The notes under the pieces are model-generated. The model was not told the origin of the DNA. It saw only the letters and a list, made by a program, of their open reading frames with translations, and did not search any database. This document shows, one piece after another, positions 19,013 to 28,770 of a stretch of DNA of 64,000 bases. Origin of the DNA: an uncultured bacterium (GTDB lineage: Bacteria; Fermentibacterota; Fermentibacteria; Fermentibacterales; JCC-6); assembly GCA_964541235.1 (NCBI GenBank), contig CAZIPI010000002.1, positions 66,965 to 130,964 of the forward strand. The letters run 5' to 3'. The stretch's first letter is position 1; every line of letters starts with the position of its first letter. The position numbers were made by a program, and so were the translations under genes.

Positions 19013-20185
19013 TCAGGGAAAGACTTGTAGGGACTGCCCGTCGGTCTCGATCCTGAAGGTCCCGTGAACGTCCGTCCTGAAAACCGTCACTCCCGCTTCC
19101 GCAAGCCTTTGCAGCAGCTCCTGGTGCGGGTGTCCGTAGGGGTTCCCGGCCCCCGCCTCTATGGCTCCATAAAGCGGCTGCACCGCCTGAAGCCAGGCTG
19201 CGCCCGTTGCATCGTGGGAGCCGTGGTGGCCGACCTTGAGGACCTGGGCCCTGAGGTCCTGCGGGCTGAAGGCGGCGAGAACGCTTTCCTCGCCTCCCAG
19301 GGTTTCCAGGTCTCCTGCCAGCAGAAAGCCCACCTGGCCGAAGGTGATCCGCAGAACTATGGAAGCGTTGTTCATGGAACCGCTGCCAAGATCCCCTGTG
19401 GGGTGAAGGACCCTAACGTTCAGACCCGGGCCCCAGTCCAGGGTCATCCCCCTTCTGGCCACCACCAGCTGGGCGCCGGAACCGGCTGCGGCGTCCAGGA
19501 ACTGCTGGTACAGTGAGCTTGACGGACCCGGCCACCCGCAGTCCCACACCGTTCCCACGGTCACCATGCCGAACACGTCCAGCAGGCCGCCGATATGGTC
19601 GGAATGGGGATGGGTGGCCACGATCCCGTCAAGATGGTCTATTCCCAGGCTGTCAAGAAGGGGGAGGATGACATCGGTTCCGCAACTCCATTCCGGAATG
19701 GAGCTTCCACCGTCAACCAGGTAGTTCCTTCCTCCGGGGGTCCTCACCAGCATGGCATCCCCGGACAGACTTCCCCAGGTGGGATCGATGAAGAACACGG
19801 TCAGCCTGGGTTCCGGGTCGGGAACAGCCACCATCACCTCGTTGCTCCAGGCCTTGTACCCCTGCTGGTTCCTGGTTTCCAGCGCGTAATGGACGCTGCT
19901 TCCGGGAGCCGCGGTGGAGTCGGTGAACGTGAGCATATACCGCCCGGTCCCGGTGAACAGGGAGTGGGCCTGTGAAGGGTTCCCGGGGATGCCGGGGCTG
20001 TCGGACCTCCACAGGGTGTAGGACTCGAAGCCTGTGTCGGGGCACTGGGTCCAGCTCAGCATCACCGGGCCGCCGGGCAGGACCGAGGCTACCAGTGTGG
20101 AGGGCGTGGGAGCTTCCGGCTGAGGCGCGGCGGGCTGGTTCCCGCAGGAGAGAGCCAGCAGCAGGGGCAGGCAAAGGCGCCTCAC
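19013..20185 (-). CDS. MBL-fold metallo-hydrolase lipoprotein (ComEC/Rec2-like beta-lactamase domain)
   Basis: HPHSDHIGG metal-binding motif, then GDLE...HHGS. Probable GTG start (MRRLCLPLLLALSCG lipobox) overlapping the ABC gene stop (GTGA). The ORF-track start at 20338 lies inside the ABC gene. Confidence 0.7.
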   Translation of the reverse strand: MRRLCLPLLLALSCGNQPAAPQPEAPTPSTLVASVLPGGPVMLSWTQCPDTGFESYTLWRSDSPGIPGNPSQAHSLFTGTGRYMLTFTDSTAAPGSSVHYALETRNQQGYKAWSNEVMVAVPDPEPRLTVFFIDPTWGSLSGDAMLVRTPGGRNYLVDGGSSIPEWSCGTDVILPLLDSLGIDHLDGIVATHPHSDHIGGLLDVFGMVTVGTVWDCGWPGPSSSLYQQFLDAAAGSGAQLVVARRGMTLDWGPGLNVRVLHPTGDLGSGSMNNASIVLRITFGQVGFLLAGDLETLGGEESVLAAFSPQDLRAQVLKVGHHGSHDATGAAWLQAVQPLYGAIEAGAGNPYGHPHQELLQRLAEAGVTVFRTDVHGTFRIETDGQSLQVFP

Positions 20186-22302
20186 TGCACTATCTCCTCT
20201 GAGGCGTTCCCAACGCTGTTCATCCTGCCCCACTGAAGAAGGTACAGGTTGTAGTAGATGCCCCGCTTCGCCAGGAGTTCCTGGTGAGTTCCCCGTTCCA
20301 GTATCCTGCCGTTGTCGAAGACGAGGATGTTCCCGCACTGCTGTACCGTGCTCAGCCGGTGGGCGACGATGAGGCTTGTCCGGCCGCGCATCAGAACCTC
20401 TATGGCTCTCTGTATGAGTTTCTCGGTTGCGGGGTCAACGTTGCTGGTGGCCTCGTCGAGGACAAGTATCTTCGGGTCGTGGGCCAGGGCCCTGGCGAAG
20501 CAGATGAGCTGCTTCTGGCCGGTTGAAAGGGTGGCCCCCCTCTCCGCCATCACTGTGTCGTAGCCCTCCGGCAGCCTCTCTATGAAATCCGCGGCCTGGA
20601 CCATCTCCGCGGCCTCGCGGACCCTGTTCATGGGAATGTTCGACCCCAGCCTTATGTTGTCGGCCACGCTCCGGCTGAATATGAACGCATCCTGCAGGAC
20701 GATGGCGATGTTCTTCCTGAGGGTTTCGATGGAGTGCTTCCGTATCTCCACGCCGTCAAGGAGAATGCTGCCCTGTCCGGCTTCCCAGAACCTTGTGAGA
20801 AGGCTGATCACGGATGTCTTGCCTGCCCCGGTGGGGCCCACCAGCGCCACGCTCCCGCCCGGTTCCACGCAGAAGTCAACATCCCTGAGCACCATCTGGT
20901 CGGGATTGTACCCGAACGTAACGCTCCGGAACTCCACTCGTCCCGCAAGGGGAACGGCGGGCGCCGCGTCAGGGGCGTCCGCTATTGACGGGGCGGTGTC
21001 GAGGATCCCGAACACCCTTTCACTGGCCGCCATGGCGCTCTGCATGATGTTGTACTTCTCGCTCATGTCCTGAAGGGGTCTGAACATCTGGCGCACATAG
21101 CTCAGGAAGGCCACCAGCGCCCCCAGGGTCAGGGCGCTCTGCATCACGCTGAGGCCGCCGTAAACAAGGACAATGGTGGTCCCCAGCTGGGCGATGACCT
21201 CGATCATGGGCCGGAAGACCCCGAAGACCACCAGCTGTTTCATGTTGGCCTGGAAGTAGCTTTCATTCGTTGCGAGGAACTGCTCCCTGCGGGCCCTCTC
21301 CTGGCGGAACACCTGCACCACCTTGACCCCGCTCAGGTCTTCGGCCAGGTGGGAGTTCAGCTTGGCCAGGTACTTCCTCACATCCCTGTAGGCCTTCCTT
21401 GTCATGCGCCTGAAGAAGACCGAGACGACCATGAAAAGAGGCATGACCAGGAGCGAGAGAAGGGCCAGCCTCCAGTTCATGAAGAACAGGATGGCCGCGG
21501 TTCCCACAAGCAGGAGCACATCCTTGAAAAAGTTCACAAGCACCGAGCTGAACATCTCGTTCAGCGCTTCGATGTCGTTGGCCACCCTTGTCACGAGACG
21601 GCCGGTGGGATTTCCCGTGAAGAAATCCAGGCTTAGTGTCTGGATGTGGCGGAAAAGCCTGCTTCTGAGGTCGTACATGGCCCTCTGACCGGCTATGACC
21701 AGGGTCATCACGTGGCCGTACCCGCAGATGAGGCTGACAAGGATCAGGGCGGCCAGAAGCCATGTAAGCGAGGCGATCCCCTCAAGGTCGTCCCCGCGGA
21801 TCTGGAAAAGCACTCGGGGAGGGACCTTCCGCAGCTCGTTCTCCCTCACCAGCCACCTGTCTCCGGATACGAAGCCGGTTTCTCCGGTGAAGCTCTCCGC
21901 CGGGAAGACGTAGAAGGTCTCGGGGAGAAGTCTGGGGTCCAGCCGCACATCGTGGGAGACTCCGGGGTCGAGCCTGTCCAGGGCTGCCTTCCTCACCAGG
22001 ACCGAATCGGGGCTCAACCTTATGAAGTCGCCCTCGCCGGCCCCCAGGGTCTCTATGGAATCACAGGCTTCCGGCTCGGCGGCGTAGATCTGGTAGAGCT
22101 TCGCAAGGTACCTGTCTATGGCGGTCTTGGTGATGTACGGCAGAAGCAGGTCAACCGCCGACGACACCACCATGAACACCATGGCCAGGAGCACCAGCTT
22201 CCTGTGGGGCTTCACATACCGCATGAGCCTCTTTACCAGGGCTCCGTCGTAGGCCTTTCCCTCCAGCGCGTCGTCAACGAAAGGGTTCCCGTGGGGCGGC
22301 AT
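20182..22302 (-). CDS. ABC exporter, fused permease-ATPase (type I exporter half-transporter)
   Basis: N-terminal 6-TM domain plus C-terminal NBD: Walker A GPTGAGKTS, signature LSTGQKQ, Walker B ILVLDEATS. Its start overlaps the stop of the upstream ABC gene (TGATG). Confidence 0.85.
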   Translation of the reverse strand: MPPHGNPFVDDALEGKAYDGALVKRLMRYVKPHRKLVLLAMVFMVVSSAVDLLLPYITKTAIDRYLAKLYQIYAAEPEACDSIETLGAGEGDFIRLSPDSVLVRKAALDRLDPGVSHDVRLDPRLLPETFYVFPAESFTGETGFVSGDRWLVRENELRKVPPRVLFQIRGDDLEGIASLTWLLAALILVSLICGYGHVMTLVIAGQRAMYDLRSRLFRHIQTLSLDFFTGNPTGRLVTRVANDIEALNEMFSSVLVNFFKDVLLLVGTAAILFFMNWRLALLSLLVMPLFMVVSVFFRRMTRKAYRDVRKYLAKLNSHLAEDLSGVKVVQVFRQERARREQFLATNESYFQANMKQLVVFGVFRPMIEVIAQLGTTIVLVYGGLSVMQSALTLGALVAFLSYVRQMFRPLQDMSEKYNIMQSAMAASERVFGILDTAPSIADAPDAAPAVPLAGRVEFRSVTFGYNPDQMVLRDVDFCVEPGGSVALVGPTGAGKTSVISLLTRFWEAGQGSILLDGVEIRKHSIETLRKNIAIVLQDAFIFSRSVADNIRLGSNIPMNRVREAAEMVQAADFIERLPEGYDTVMAERGATLSTGQKQLICFARALAHDPKILVLDEATSNVDPATEKLIQRAIEVLMRGRTSLIVAHRLSTVQQCGNILVFDNGRILERGTHQELLAKRGIYYNLYLLQWGRMNSVGNASEEIVQ

Positions 22303-24086
22303 CAGTCGTCACCTCCCCCCGAGGCCCTCTCGGCCTCCGCCTCCAGCTGCTGCATCCTGTAGAGTTCCGTGTAGAAGCCTTTCATGGCCAGGAGTTCATC
22401 GTGGGTCCCCTTCTCCACGATCCTGCCGTTCTCCATCACCAGTATCAGGTCAGAGTGTTTCACAGTGCTTATCCGGTGGGCGATGATGATGGTGGTTATG
22501 TCCCGCGTCCGGCTCTTGACGGCCTTGAGTATGCTGTCCTCGGTCTCGGTGTCCACTGCGCTCAGGCTGTCGTCGAGCACGAGGATCTTCGGGCCGGGCG
22601 CCAGCGCCCTGGCTATGGCGACCCTCTGCTTCTGCCCCCCTGACAGGGTCACCCCCCTCTCGCCCACGATGGTATCGTAGCCCTGCGGGAAACCCATTAT
22701 CTCAGAGTCTATGTCAACGGTCCGGGCAAGCTCACGGATCTGGTCCGGCGAAAGGGGGCCGGCTCCGAAAGAGATGTTCCCGCCAATGGTCATTGCGAAC
22801 AGGAATGTCTCCTGGGGCACGTAACCGAACAACCCTCTGAGGTTTCCCAGTTTCAGGGTCCTTACGTCCCTCCCGTCCAGAAGGACCGTCCCCTCAGGCG
22901 GTTCGTACAGGCGCATCAGGAGTTCCACAAGGGTTGTCTTGCCGCTTCCCGTCCTGCCGACTATGCCCAGGGTCTCGCCGGTCCTGACGGAGAACTCCAC
23001 ATCACGGAGCACAGCGGTACCGGTTTCCGGGTACGCAAAGGTGAGGTTGCGGACCTCGATGGAAGGGCCGGGGATCGAAGGGTCGTCGCCGTCGGCTATG
23101 GCGGGCAGGGTGTTGATGATCCTCATGAGCCTGCCCATGCTGGCGGCGCCTCTTTGAAGCATGTTCACCACGAAGCCAATGGCCATCATGGGCCATGTGA
23201 GCATGGCCAGATAGCTGGAGAAGGCCACGAACTGCCCGAGGCTTATGGTGCCCCCGACGACCATCCTGCCGCCGGCGGACAGGAGGATCGCGTTGCCCGC
23301 CAGGGCCAGGGTCATCACCAGCGGCTGGAAGAAACCCCAGACCCTGGCAAGGTGTATGTTCTGGTCCATGTTCAGTCTGGCCTTGGAATCGAAGAGGCTG
23401 TTCTCGGAATCCTCGTCTCCGTAGGCCTTAACCACCCTGATGCCGCTGAAGGCCTCCTGAGCCTTGTCGGACAGCTCGCTGAAGGCTCTCTGGACCGAGT
23501 CGAACCTGTCATGGATCATCCCGGAGAACCTGGTCACCAGAAGGGCTATGACAGGAAGCGGTATCATTGTCACCAGGGTCAGCCTCCAGTCGATGGTCAG
23601 AAGCATTATGATGCTGGCGGCGCTCATGAAGATGGCGTCGAAGCTGGCGATGGTGGCCATGCCGCACGCCATCCTGACAGCGTTGATGTCGTTGGTGGCG
23701 TGGGCCATCACGTCGCCGACCTTCGTCTTGTCGAAGTACTGGGCCGGAAGGGTCTGAAGGTGGGTGTAGAACTCGCTGCGCAGGTCCCTGTCTATCCGGT
23801 GGCTCGCCCCCACTATGAACCAGCGCCAGAAGAACCTGCAGACCGCCATTCCCAGCGCGATGGCCACCACCGAGAGCCCCATCTTCCAGATGAACCCCGG
23901 GCCGGCTTCGCCGGACGCCAGGGAGTCTATCACCCTGCGGAACACCAGGGGGATGAGAAGCTGCAGGCCGTCCACGCCGATCAGGGCAAGGATGCCCAGG
24001 AAAAGGGCTTTCCTGTAATTGAGTATCCTGCCGTAGATCAGTCTGAGACTTGACCTGTCGGCTTTTTCCCTCGCGGGCCGCGCCAT
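22302..24086 (-). CDS. ABC exporter, fused permease-ATPase, partner half-transporter
   Basis: TMD plus NBD: Walker A GRTGSGKTT, signature LSGGQKQR, Walker B ILVLDDSLS. Probably forms a heterodimer with the downstream paralog. Confidence 0.85.
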   Translation of the reverse strand: MARPAREKADRSSLRLIYGRILNYRKALFLGILALIGVDGLQLLIPLVFRRVIDSLASGEAGPGFIWKMGLSVVAIALGMAVCRFFWRWFIVGASHRIDRDLRSEFYTHLQTLPAQYFDKTKVGDVMAHATNDINAVRMACGMATIASFDAIFMSAASIIMLLTIDWRLTLVTMIPLPVIALLVTRFSGMIHDRFDSVQRAFSELSDKAQEAFSGIRVVKAYGDEDSENSLFDSKARLNMDQNIHLARVWGFFQPLVMTLALAGNAILLSAGGRMVVGGTISLGQFVAFSSYLAMLTWPMMAIGFVVNMLQRGAASMGRLMRIINTLPAIADGDDPSIPGPSIEVRNLTFAYPETGTAVLRDVEFSVRTGETLGIVGRTGSGKTTLVELLMRLYEPPEGTVLLDGRDVRTLKLGNLRGLFGYVPQETFLFAMTIGGNISFGAGPLSPDQIRELARTVDIDSEIMGFPQGYDTIVGERGVTLSGGQKQRVAIARALAPGPKILVLDDSLSAVDTETEDSILKAVKSRTRDITTIIIAHRISTVKHSDLILVMENGRIVEKGTHDELLAMKGFYTELYRMQQLEAEAERASGGGDD

Positions 24087-24194
24087 CAGGAGAACCTCAT
24101 TCCGTGAAAATGAATGGACCCGGGAATATGGCCGGGAAACCCCCGCTTCCGCAAGGTTGGCCCTCCTGTCGGGACATCACGGGGTGGGAAGGTC

Positions 24195-24413
24195 TCAGTC
24201 CTTCCTGCCCGGCTTCCTCTCCCTTCCGGCAAGCAGGGCCACCAGAAGCCCGAGGAAAAAACCGACGGCGGACGAGAGAAGGACCAGAAGAATGGCCGGA
24301 GCCTCGGTCCTTATCCACAGGAACCTTGTCTCGACGGTGGAAGTGTTCTGCAGCACTACTATCACAAGAACAGCGGAAAGGGCAAGGACGAGCACCAGCT
24401 TCAAAGTCTTCAT
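24195..24413 (-). CDS. small membrane protein (LapA/DUF1049-like)
   Basis: MKTLKLVLVLALSAVLVIVVLQN..., a two-TM small protein. The ORF-track start at 24485 overlaps the lpd gene. Confidence 0.4.
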   Translation of the reverse strand: MKTLKLVLVLALSAVLVIVVLQNTSTVETRFLWIRTEAPAILLVLLSSAVGFFLGLLVALLAGRERKPGRKD

Positions 24414-24441
24414 GCCATGCCTCCAAATTTCGGGTGAGCGC

Positions 24442-25830
24442 CTATTCCACGGGGGGACCGGGGCACAGCCCGATCTCGTCCGCACGGGACTTCATCCGGG
24501 CCGAGGCGTTCCTCAGCGCGCCCCTCAGAGCCTCCTCGATCACCGGGTGGTAGAAGGGCATTCGCAGTGCCTGGTTCACCGTGAGCCCCTGCTGGACCGA
24601 CCATGCCACCAGGTGCGCCAGGTGTTCGCCTTCAGGGGCGATCATCTCCGCGCCCAGTATCCTCCCGGATCCCCTGTGGGCATAGACCCTCAAAAGGCCA
24701 CGGTTACCGCCGGCGGTCATGGCGCGCCCCTGTGTGCCGAAGTCTGCCTGGCCCACAACTGTCACCTCATGGTCCAGCGTTCCGTACCGGGCCCCTGCCG
24801 CGGCAATGTTTGGGCTGGTGAACACAATGCCCAGCCTTGCCCTTCTGCAGTGCGCAAGCGGCGTGTCGGAAAGGGCGTTCCTGCCCGCTATGAAGCCGTC
24901 GTCAGCGGCTTCGTGGAGGAGAGGCGCCATGCCGTTGGCATCGCCCGCAAGGAACACCCTCAGGCTGCCCACCTGCATGGTGAGCGGGTCAACCGCCGGA
25001 AGCCCCCTCTGGTCCAGCGGAACGCCCAGGTTCGAAAGGCCCAGGTCCTTCGTTGCGGGTGCCCTGCCAACGGCGGCCAGCACCCTGCTGAAGCGTTTCC
25101 CGGAAACCTCCGCCAACTCCCCGGCGGGTTCCACACCGGCCGGCTTTCCCGGGTGGAGCGGAAACTCGGCGCCCAGCAGTTCCAGTGCCTTCTCCGCCAC
25201 TGCCGGGTCGGTTATCCCTGCTACGGAAGGGGCGGCATCGAACCCCTCCACCCTGACCCCGAGGCGGCTCATGGCCTGGGCCATCTCGAGCCCTATCGCA
25301 CCGAGCCCCACAACTGCCATGCTCTCGGGGAGTTCCTCCATCTCGAAGATGGTGTCGCTGGTCAGGAGCAGGTCTCCAAGCGCCCTCCAGGGGCCTGGGA
25401 CCACCGGGGTTGACCCCGGAGCGATGATCAGCGCCTCGGTCCTTATCTTTCTCCCGTCCACCTCCACCAGGTCCGGAGCCAGGATCCTTGCCCTTCCGGG
25501 GATGTTCCTGTCTCCAAGGTTTTCCGTGGCTTCCAGAACTCCCTTCACGAACCTGTCCCGAAGCCTTCTCACCCTTTCCATGACGGCCCTGCCGTCAACC
25601 CGGGGGGCGGTGCCTTCCTTGATCCCCATCTCGGCGTACAGAAGCCTCTTGTGGAATACGTTGGCCGCTTCGATCAGGGCCTTTGACGGCATGCAGCCCA
25701 CCCTGGCGCAGGTGGTGCCGTACGGGCCGTCATTTATCAGCACGAAGTCATCGGTGCGCTTCCTCACCTGGGAAAGCGCTGTCAGGCCGGCGGTTCCGGC
25801 GCCTATGATGACCACCTTTCTCCGCTCCAT
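24442..25830 (-). CDS. lpd: dihydrolipoyl dehydrogenase-like class I pyridine nucleotide-disulfide oxidoreductase
   Basis: FAD site VVIIGAGTAG, redox disulfide GTTCARVGCMPSK, and a C-terminal dimerisation region (FYHPVIEEA). Start at MERRKVV overlaps the M16 gene stop by 1 nt. Confidence 0.7.
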   Translation of the reverse strand: MERRKVVIIGAGTAGLTALSQVRKRTDDFVLINDGPYGTTCARVGCMPSKALIEAANVFHKRLLYAEMGIKEGTAPRVDGRAVMERVRRLRDRFVKGVLEATENLGDRNIPGRARILAPDLVEVDGRKIRTEALIIAPGSTPVVPGPWRALGDLLLTSDTIFEMEELPESMAVVGLGAIGLEMAQAMSRLGVRVEGFDAAPSVAGITDPAVAEKALELLGAEFPLHPGKPAGVEPAGELAEVSGKRFSRVLAAVGRAPATKDLGLSNLGVPLDQRGLPAVDPLTMQVGSLRVFLAGDANGMAPLLHEAADDGFIAGRNALSDTPLAHCRRARLGIVFTSPNIAAAGARYGTLDHEVTVVGQADFGTQGRAMTAGGNRGLLRVYAHRGSGRILGAEMIAPEGEHLAHLVAWSVQQGLTVNQALRMPFYHPVIEEALRGALRNASARMKSRADEIGLCPGPPVE

Positions 25831-27374
25831 CACAGTACCCCCAGTACATGCATGACCATGACCTTGGGAAGGTCCTCCCGAACAGCCCATCCCTCCCTAG
25901 TAAGCTCACCGAGTACATGGGCCCCCGCTGCTCCCTCCTCAACCAGTCTTCCGGCAGGCTGGCCCACAAGAGCGTAGCGGATGCCGGTGGAAGAATCGGT
26001 GAGGATCACGGTCTCCGATTTTGATCCCGGGAACAGGACCTCCATGCCACCCTCGATATCCAGGAGCCCCTGGTGGTCCAGCCGGTGTATCCCGAGGGGA
26101 ATGGGGGCAATGATGTCCAGTTCCTGAACGTTCCCGGTCACTATTCCCCACGAGGCGGTGTCCGCCCATTTCCTAAGTGCCGCGGAGAGGTCACGGGGCG
26201 ACAGGTCGCCGAAACGTTCCGCCGCGTCAAGGAACACCCGCCAGTCACCTGTTGCCAGGGTCCCGGCTCCCAGCAGGTAGCACTGGGTGTCCATCCTCTG
26301 GGCCTGCATCCCCTCGGCGGTCACCATGGTGCGGATGACCCCGTTGATCAGCTCCGGTTCCACATCGCCTTCCGCAACCCTTTGAAGAACCTCGGTCATG
26401 AGTGAACAGGCGGTGTGGGGCTGTGAAGTTGTGACATGCATGTACCCCCAGTTCTCGGTGTACGAAACGGTCGCCCCTGCTCCGGAGGCGTAGGTGAGGG
26501 CGTTGTCCGTACGGAGCACCTGCCAGAGAAGTTCGTCCACCACCATCATTGCAGCCTGGAATCCGGGCTGGTCCGGGTGGCCGGCGGGAGGGGCGCTGAA
26601 CTTGACCACCGCATAGGTGGTTGTGGCGTCGGTTTCCCACACGGTCACGGTATCCCGGGGAGCTCCAAGGTACGCCACCTCCGGGAGGGCATCGCCACCG
26701 GCGGGCAGCGTTCCGAACCACTCCTCCAGAATGGCCATGAGCGCTCCGGGTTCAGTGGGGCCCGCATGGGTTATCAGAACGTTGCCGGCCCGTACCCTTT
26801 GCTCAAGAAGGTTCCTCAGGTCCTCCGCCGAGAAGGAGGAGGCGGTGGCCACGGTACCCTGCGGCCGGAGCAGGTACGGGTGGCCCCGGGGCATGAAGCC
26901 CTGGTTCGCCGCGAGCCACACCGTCTGGTCAGGATCCACCAGTTCCAGGCTAAGTTGGGAGACCGCCTGCCTTCTCACCCTTTCCACCGATTCTTCGGAG
27001 AGTTCAGGTTCCGACAGGCATTCGGCCAGGCCTTCCGCCAGAAGGGGAAGGTCCTCGGTGAGGCATCGCAGGTGGATGCGGCTGAAGTCGTAGTTGTAGC
27101 TGCCGGAAAGCTCGGCCCTGGTCCGGTCCATCAGCTCCCGCCACCTCTCCCCGGGGAAGTTTCCTCCGCCTGCCATGGCGGCCTCCAGGGCCATTGCTTC
27201 CAGCCCCTGGCTCTCCTGATCCCTCAGGCGGGTCCCCCCGATGAGGAACACGGACAGCCCCTCGACCTCGCCGGGTATCCACCGGGAAACCACCGTTATC
27301 CCGTTGCCGAGCTGAAAGCTGGATACATCCCCCGGAAGTATCGCGAGGGCGAGGCAGAGAATCGTCCAGATCAT
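25830..27374 (-). CDS. M16 family peptidase, non-catalytic subunit (no HxxEH)
   Basis: Signal peptide MIWTILCLALAIL. M16 (pitrilysin) fold regions without the zinc motif. 4-nt overlap with the upstream M16 gene. Confidence 0.65.
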   Translation of the reverse strand: MIWTILCLALAILPGDVSSFQLGNGITVVSRWIPGEVEGLSVFLIGGTRLRDQESQGLEAMALEAAMAGGGNFPGERWRELMDRTRAELSGSYNYDFSRIHLRCLTEDLPLLAEGLAECLSEPELSEESVERVRRQAVSQLSLELVDPDQTVWLAANQGFMPRGHPYLLRPQGTVATASSFSAEDLRNLLEQRVRAGNVLITHAGPTEPGALMAILEEWFGTLPAGGDALPEVAYLGAPRDTVTVWETDATTTYAVVKFSAPPAGHPDQPGFQAAMMVVDELLWQVLRTDNALTYASGAGATVSYTENWGYMHVTTSQPHTACSLMTEVLQRVAEGDVEPELINGVIRTMVTAEGMQAQRMDTQCYLLGAGTLATGDWRVFLDAAERFGDLSPRDLSAALRKWADTASWGIVTGNVQELDIIAPIPLGIHRLDHQGLLDIEGGMEVLFPGSKSETVILTDSSTGIRYALVGQPAGRLVEEGAAGAHVLGELTREGWAVREDLPKVMVMHVLGVL

Positions 27375-28741
27375 GGCGTTCCTCCCTCGGGGGTCACCAG
27401 GAACACGGCGCGGGGCCTTCCGGTGACGTACCGGCGCACGAAGTCCGTCACCTGCGGAAGCCCGGTGACGGCTATGCTGTCTTCGTAGGATTCGTAGTAC
27501 TCCAGGCCGTCACCCTGAACCCACCAGAAGGGAAGGCTCTCCACGGCCAGGTCGCGGGAGGATTCCCGCGAGAGCATCCTCTCCCTCCGCAGCAGTTCCC
27601 TCGCCATGGAAAGACCCTCCTCATCGAAGTAGTCCGGTGAGGTCATGGCTTCCAGCTCTTCCGTGAGAAGTCTCAGCCCCTCCTGTACCATGTCCGGCGG
27701 AAGGGTACCGCCCAGGGTGATGGATGGTGAGAACCGCTGGGTGTGGTAGCTGCCGTACACCTGGGAAAAGGGGCCCCGGGTGACGAGGTTCCTCTGGAAC
27801 CGTCTGCTTGACAGCGCCAGGTAGCTCCCCCAGACATCCCCCGCGTAGGTTGCCGGTCTGTCACCGGCGATGGTGGGCCCCTCCATCATTATCCTCACCA
27901 GCCCCACGCCCGCCGGGCCGGAGACCGCAACGACAGTGTCGCTCCGGATCCGGATGGCCTGCTCCATGGAATCGTAGGGGCTGCCTTCTCCCCTGGCCCA
28001 CCCGCCGAACGTCTCGGCGGCGGCCTTCAGGGCTTCCTCCTCGTCAACGTCGCCCAGGATGAAGAGGGCGGCGTTGTCCGGCGTGTAGTACGTCTCCTGG
28101 AACGAGAGCATCACCTCCGGCGTGGCGGAGTTGATCACGTCAAGGGTTCCTATGGTGTTCCCCCGCCAGGGCTTTGGATAGACGGTGTTCTCCACCGCCT
28201 TCCATAGGTTCCACCAGGGCGAAGAAGCGTTCCTCAGGTACTCGTCGGTTATCACCGCCCTCTCCCTCTCCATCTCCGCCATATCGAAAAGGGGCGTGAG
28301 CACCGCGTCCCGCATGAACTCCATGCCCTGCGGGAACAGCGAGCTTTCGAGGGTGATGTAGTATCGCACCACCTCGGTTGACGTGGTGGCGTTCCTTACG
28401 ATGCCCAGGGCTCTCAGCCTGCTGTTGTAGGCGGTCTGATCGGGCAGTGACGAATTGCCCTTGAAGAACATGTGCTCGTAGAAGTGGGCGAGCCCGTTCG
28501 TCTCGGGGGTCTCGCATGTCGCTCCGGTCTTCACCGCCACGCAGATTGTCACCACAGGGGCCGCCGCGTCCCTGGCCGCGAAGACCTGCAGTCCGTTCGG
28601 AAGCACGGTGCGGCTCAGGGTGACGCCCAGCAGGTGGATCATCAAAAGGGCTGCGTTCAAGGTTTCCTCTCCCTTCAAAGGCTGCTGGAGGTGATATACA
28701 CCAGGCACGGCACGGTTCCCACCTGGGAATCGCTGCGGCAT
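27371..28741 (-). CDS. M16 family zinc peptidase (inverzincin), catalytic subunit
   Basis: HFYEHMFFKG, the HxxEH zinc-binding motif, and a typical LPNGL N-terminal region. Confidence 0.8.
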   Translation of the reverse strand: MPQRFPGGNRAVPGVYHLQQPLKGEETLNAALLMIHLLGVTLSRTVLPNGLQVFAARDAAAPVVTICVAVKTGATCETPETNGLAHFYEHMFFKGNSSLPDQTAYNSRLRALGIVRNATTSTEVVRYYITLESSLFPQGMEFMRDAVLTPLFDMAEMERERAVITDEYLRNASSPWWNLWKAVENTVYPKPWRGNTIGTLDVINSATPEVMLSFQETYYTPDNAALFILGDVDEEEALKAAAETFGGWARGEGSPYDSMEQAIRIRSDTVVAVSGPAGVGLVRIMMEGPTIAGDRPATYAGDVWGSYLALSSRRFQRNLVTRGPFSQVYGSYHTQRFSPSITLGGTLPPDMVQEGLRLLTEELEAMTSPDYFDEEGLSMARELLRRERMLSRESSRDLAVESLPFWWVQGDGLEYYESYEDSIAVTGLPQVTDFVRRYVTGRPRAVFLVTPEGGTP

Positions 28742-28770
28742 GTCCGTATGTTCCAGCCGAAGGAGAAACT

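Noticed and set aside
24157-25413. 418-aa plus-strand ORF, and 100..972 (+) 290-aa ORF.
   Set aside because: They are antisense to the lpd-like gene and to Cys-motif paralogs 1 and 2 respectively. Their amino-acid composition (Arg/Pro/Gly-rich) is typical of out-of-frame high-GC translation.
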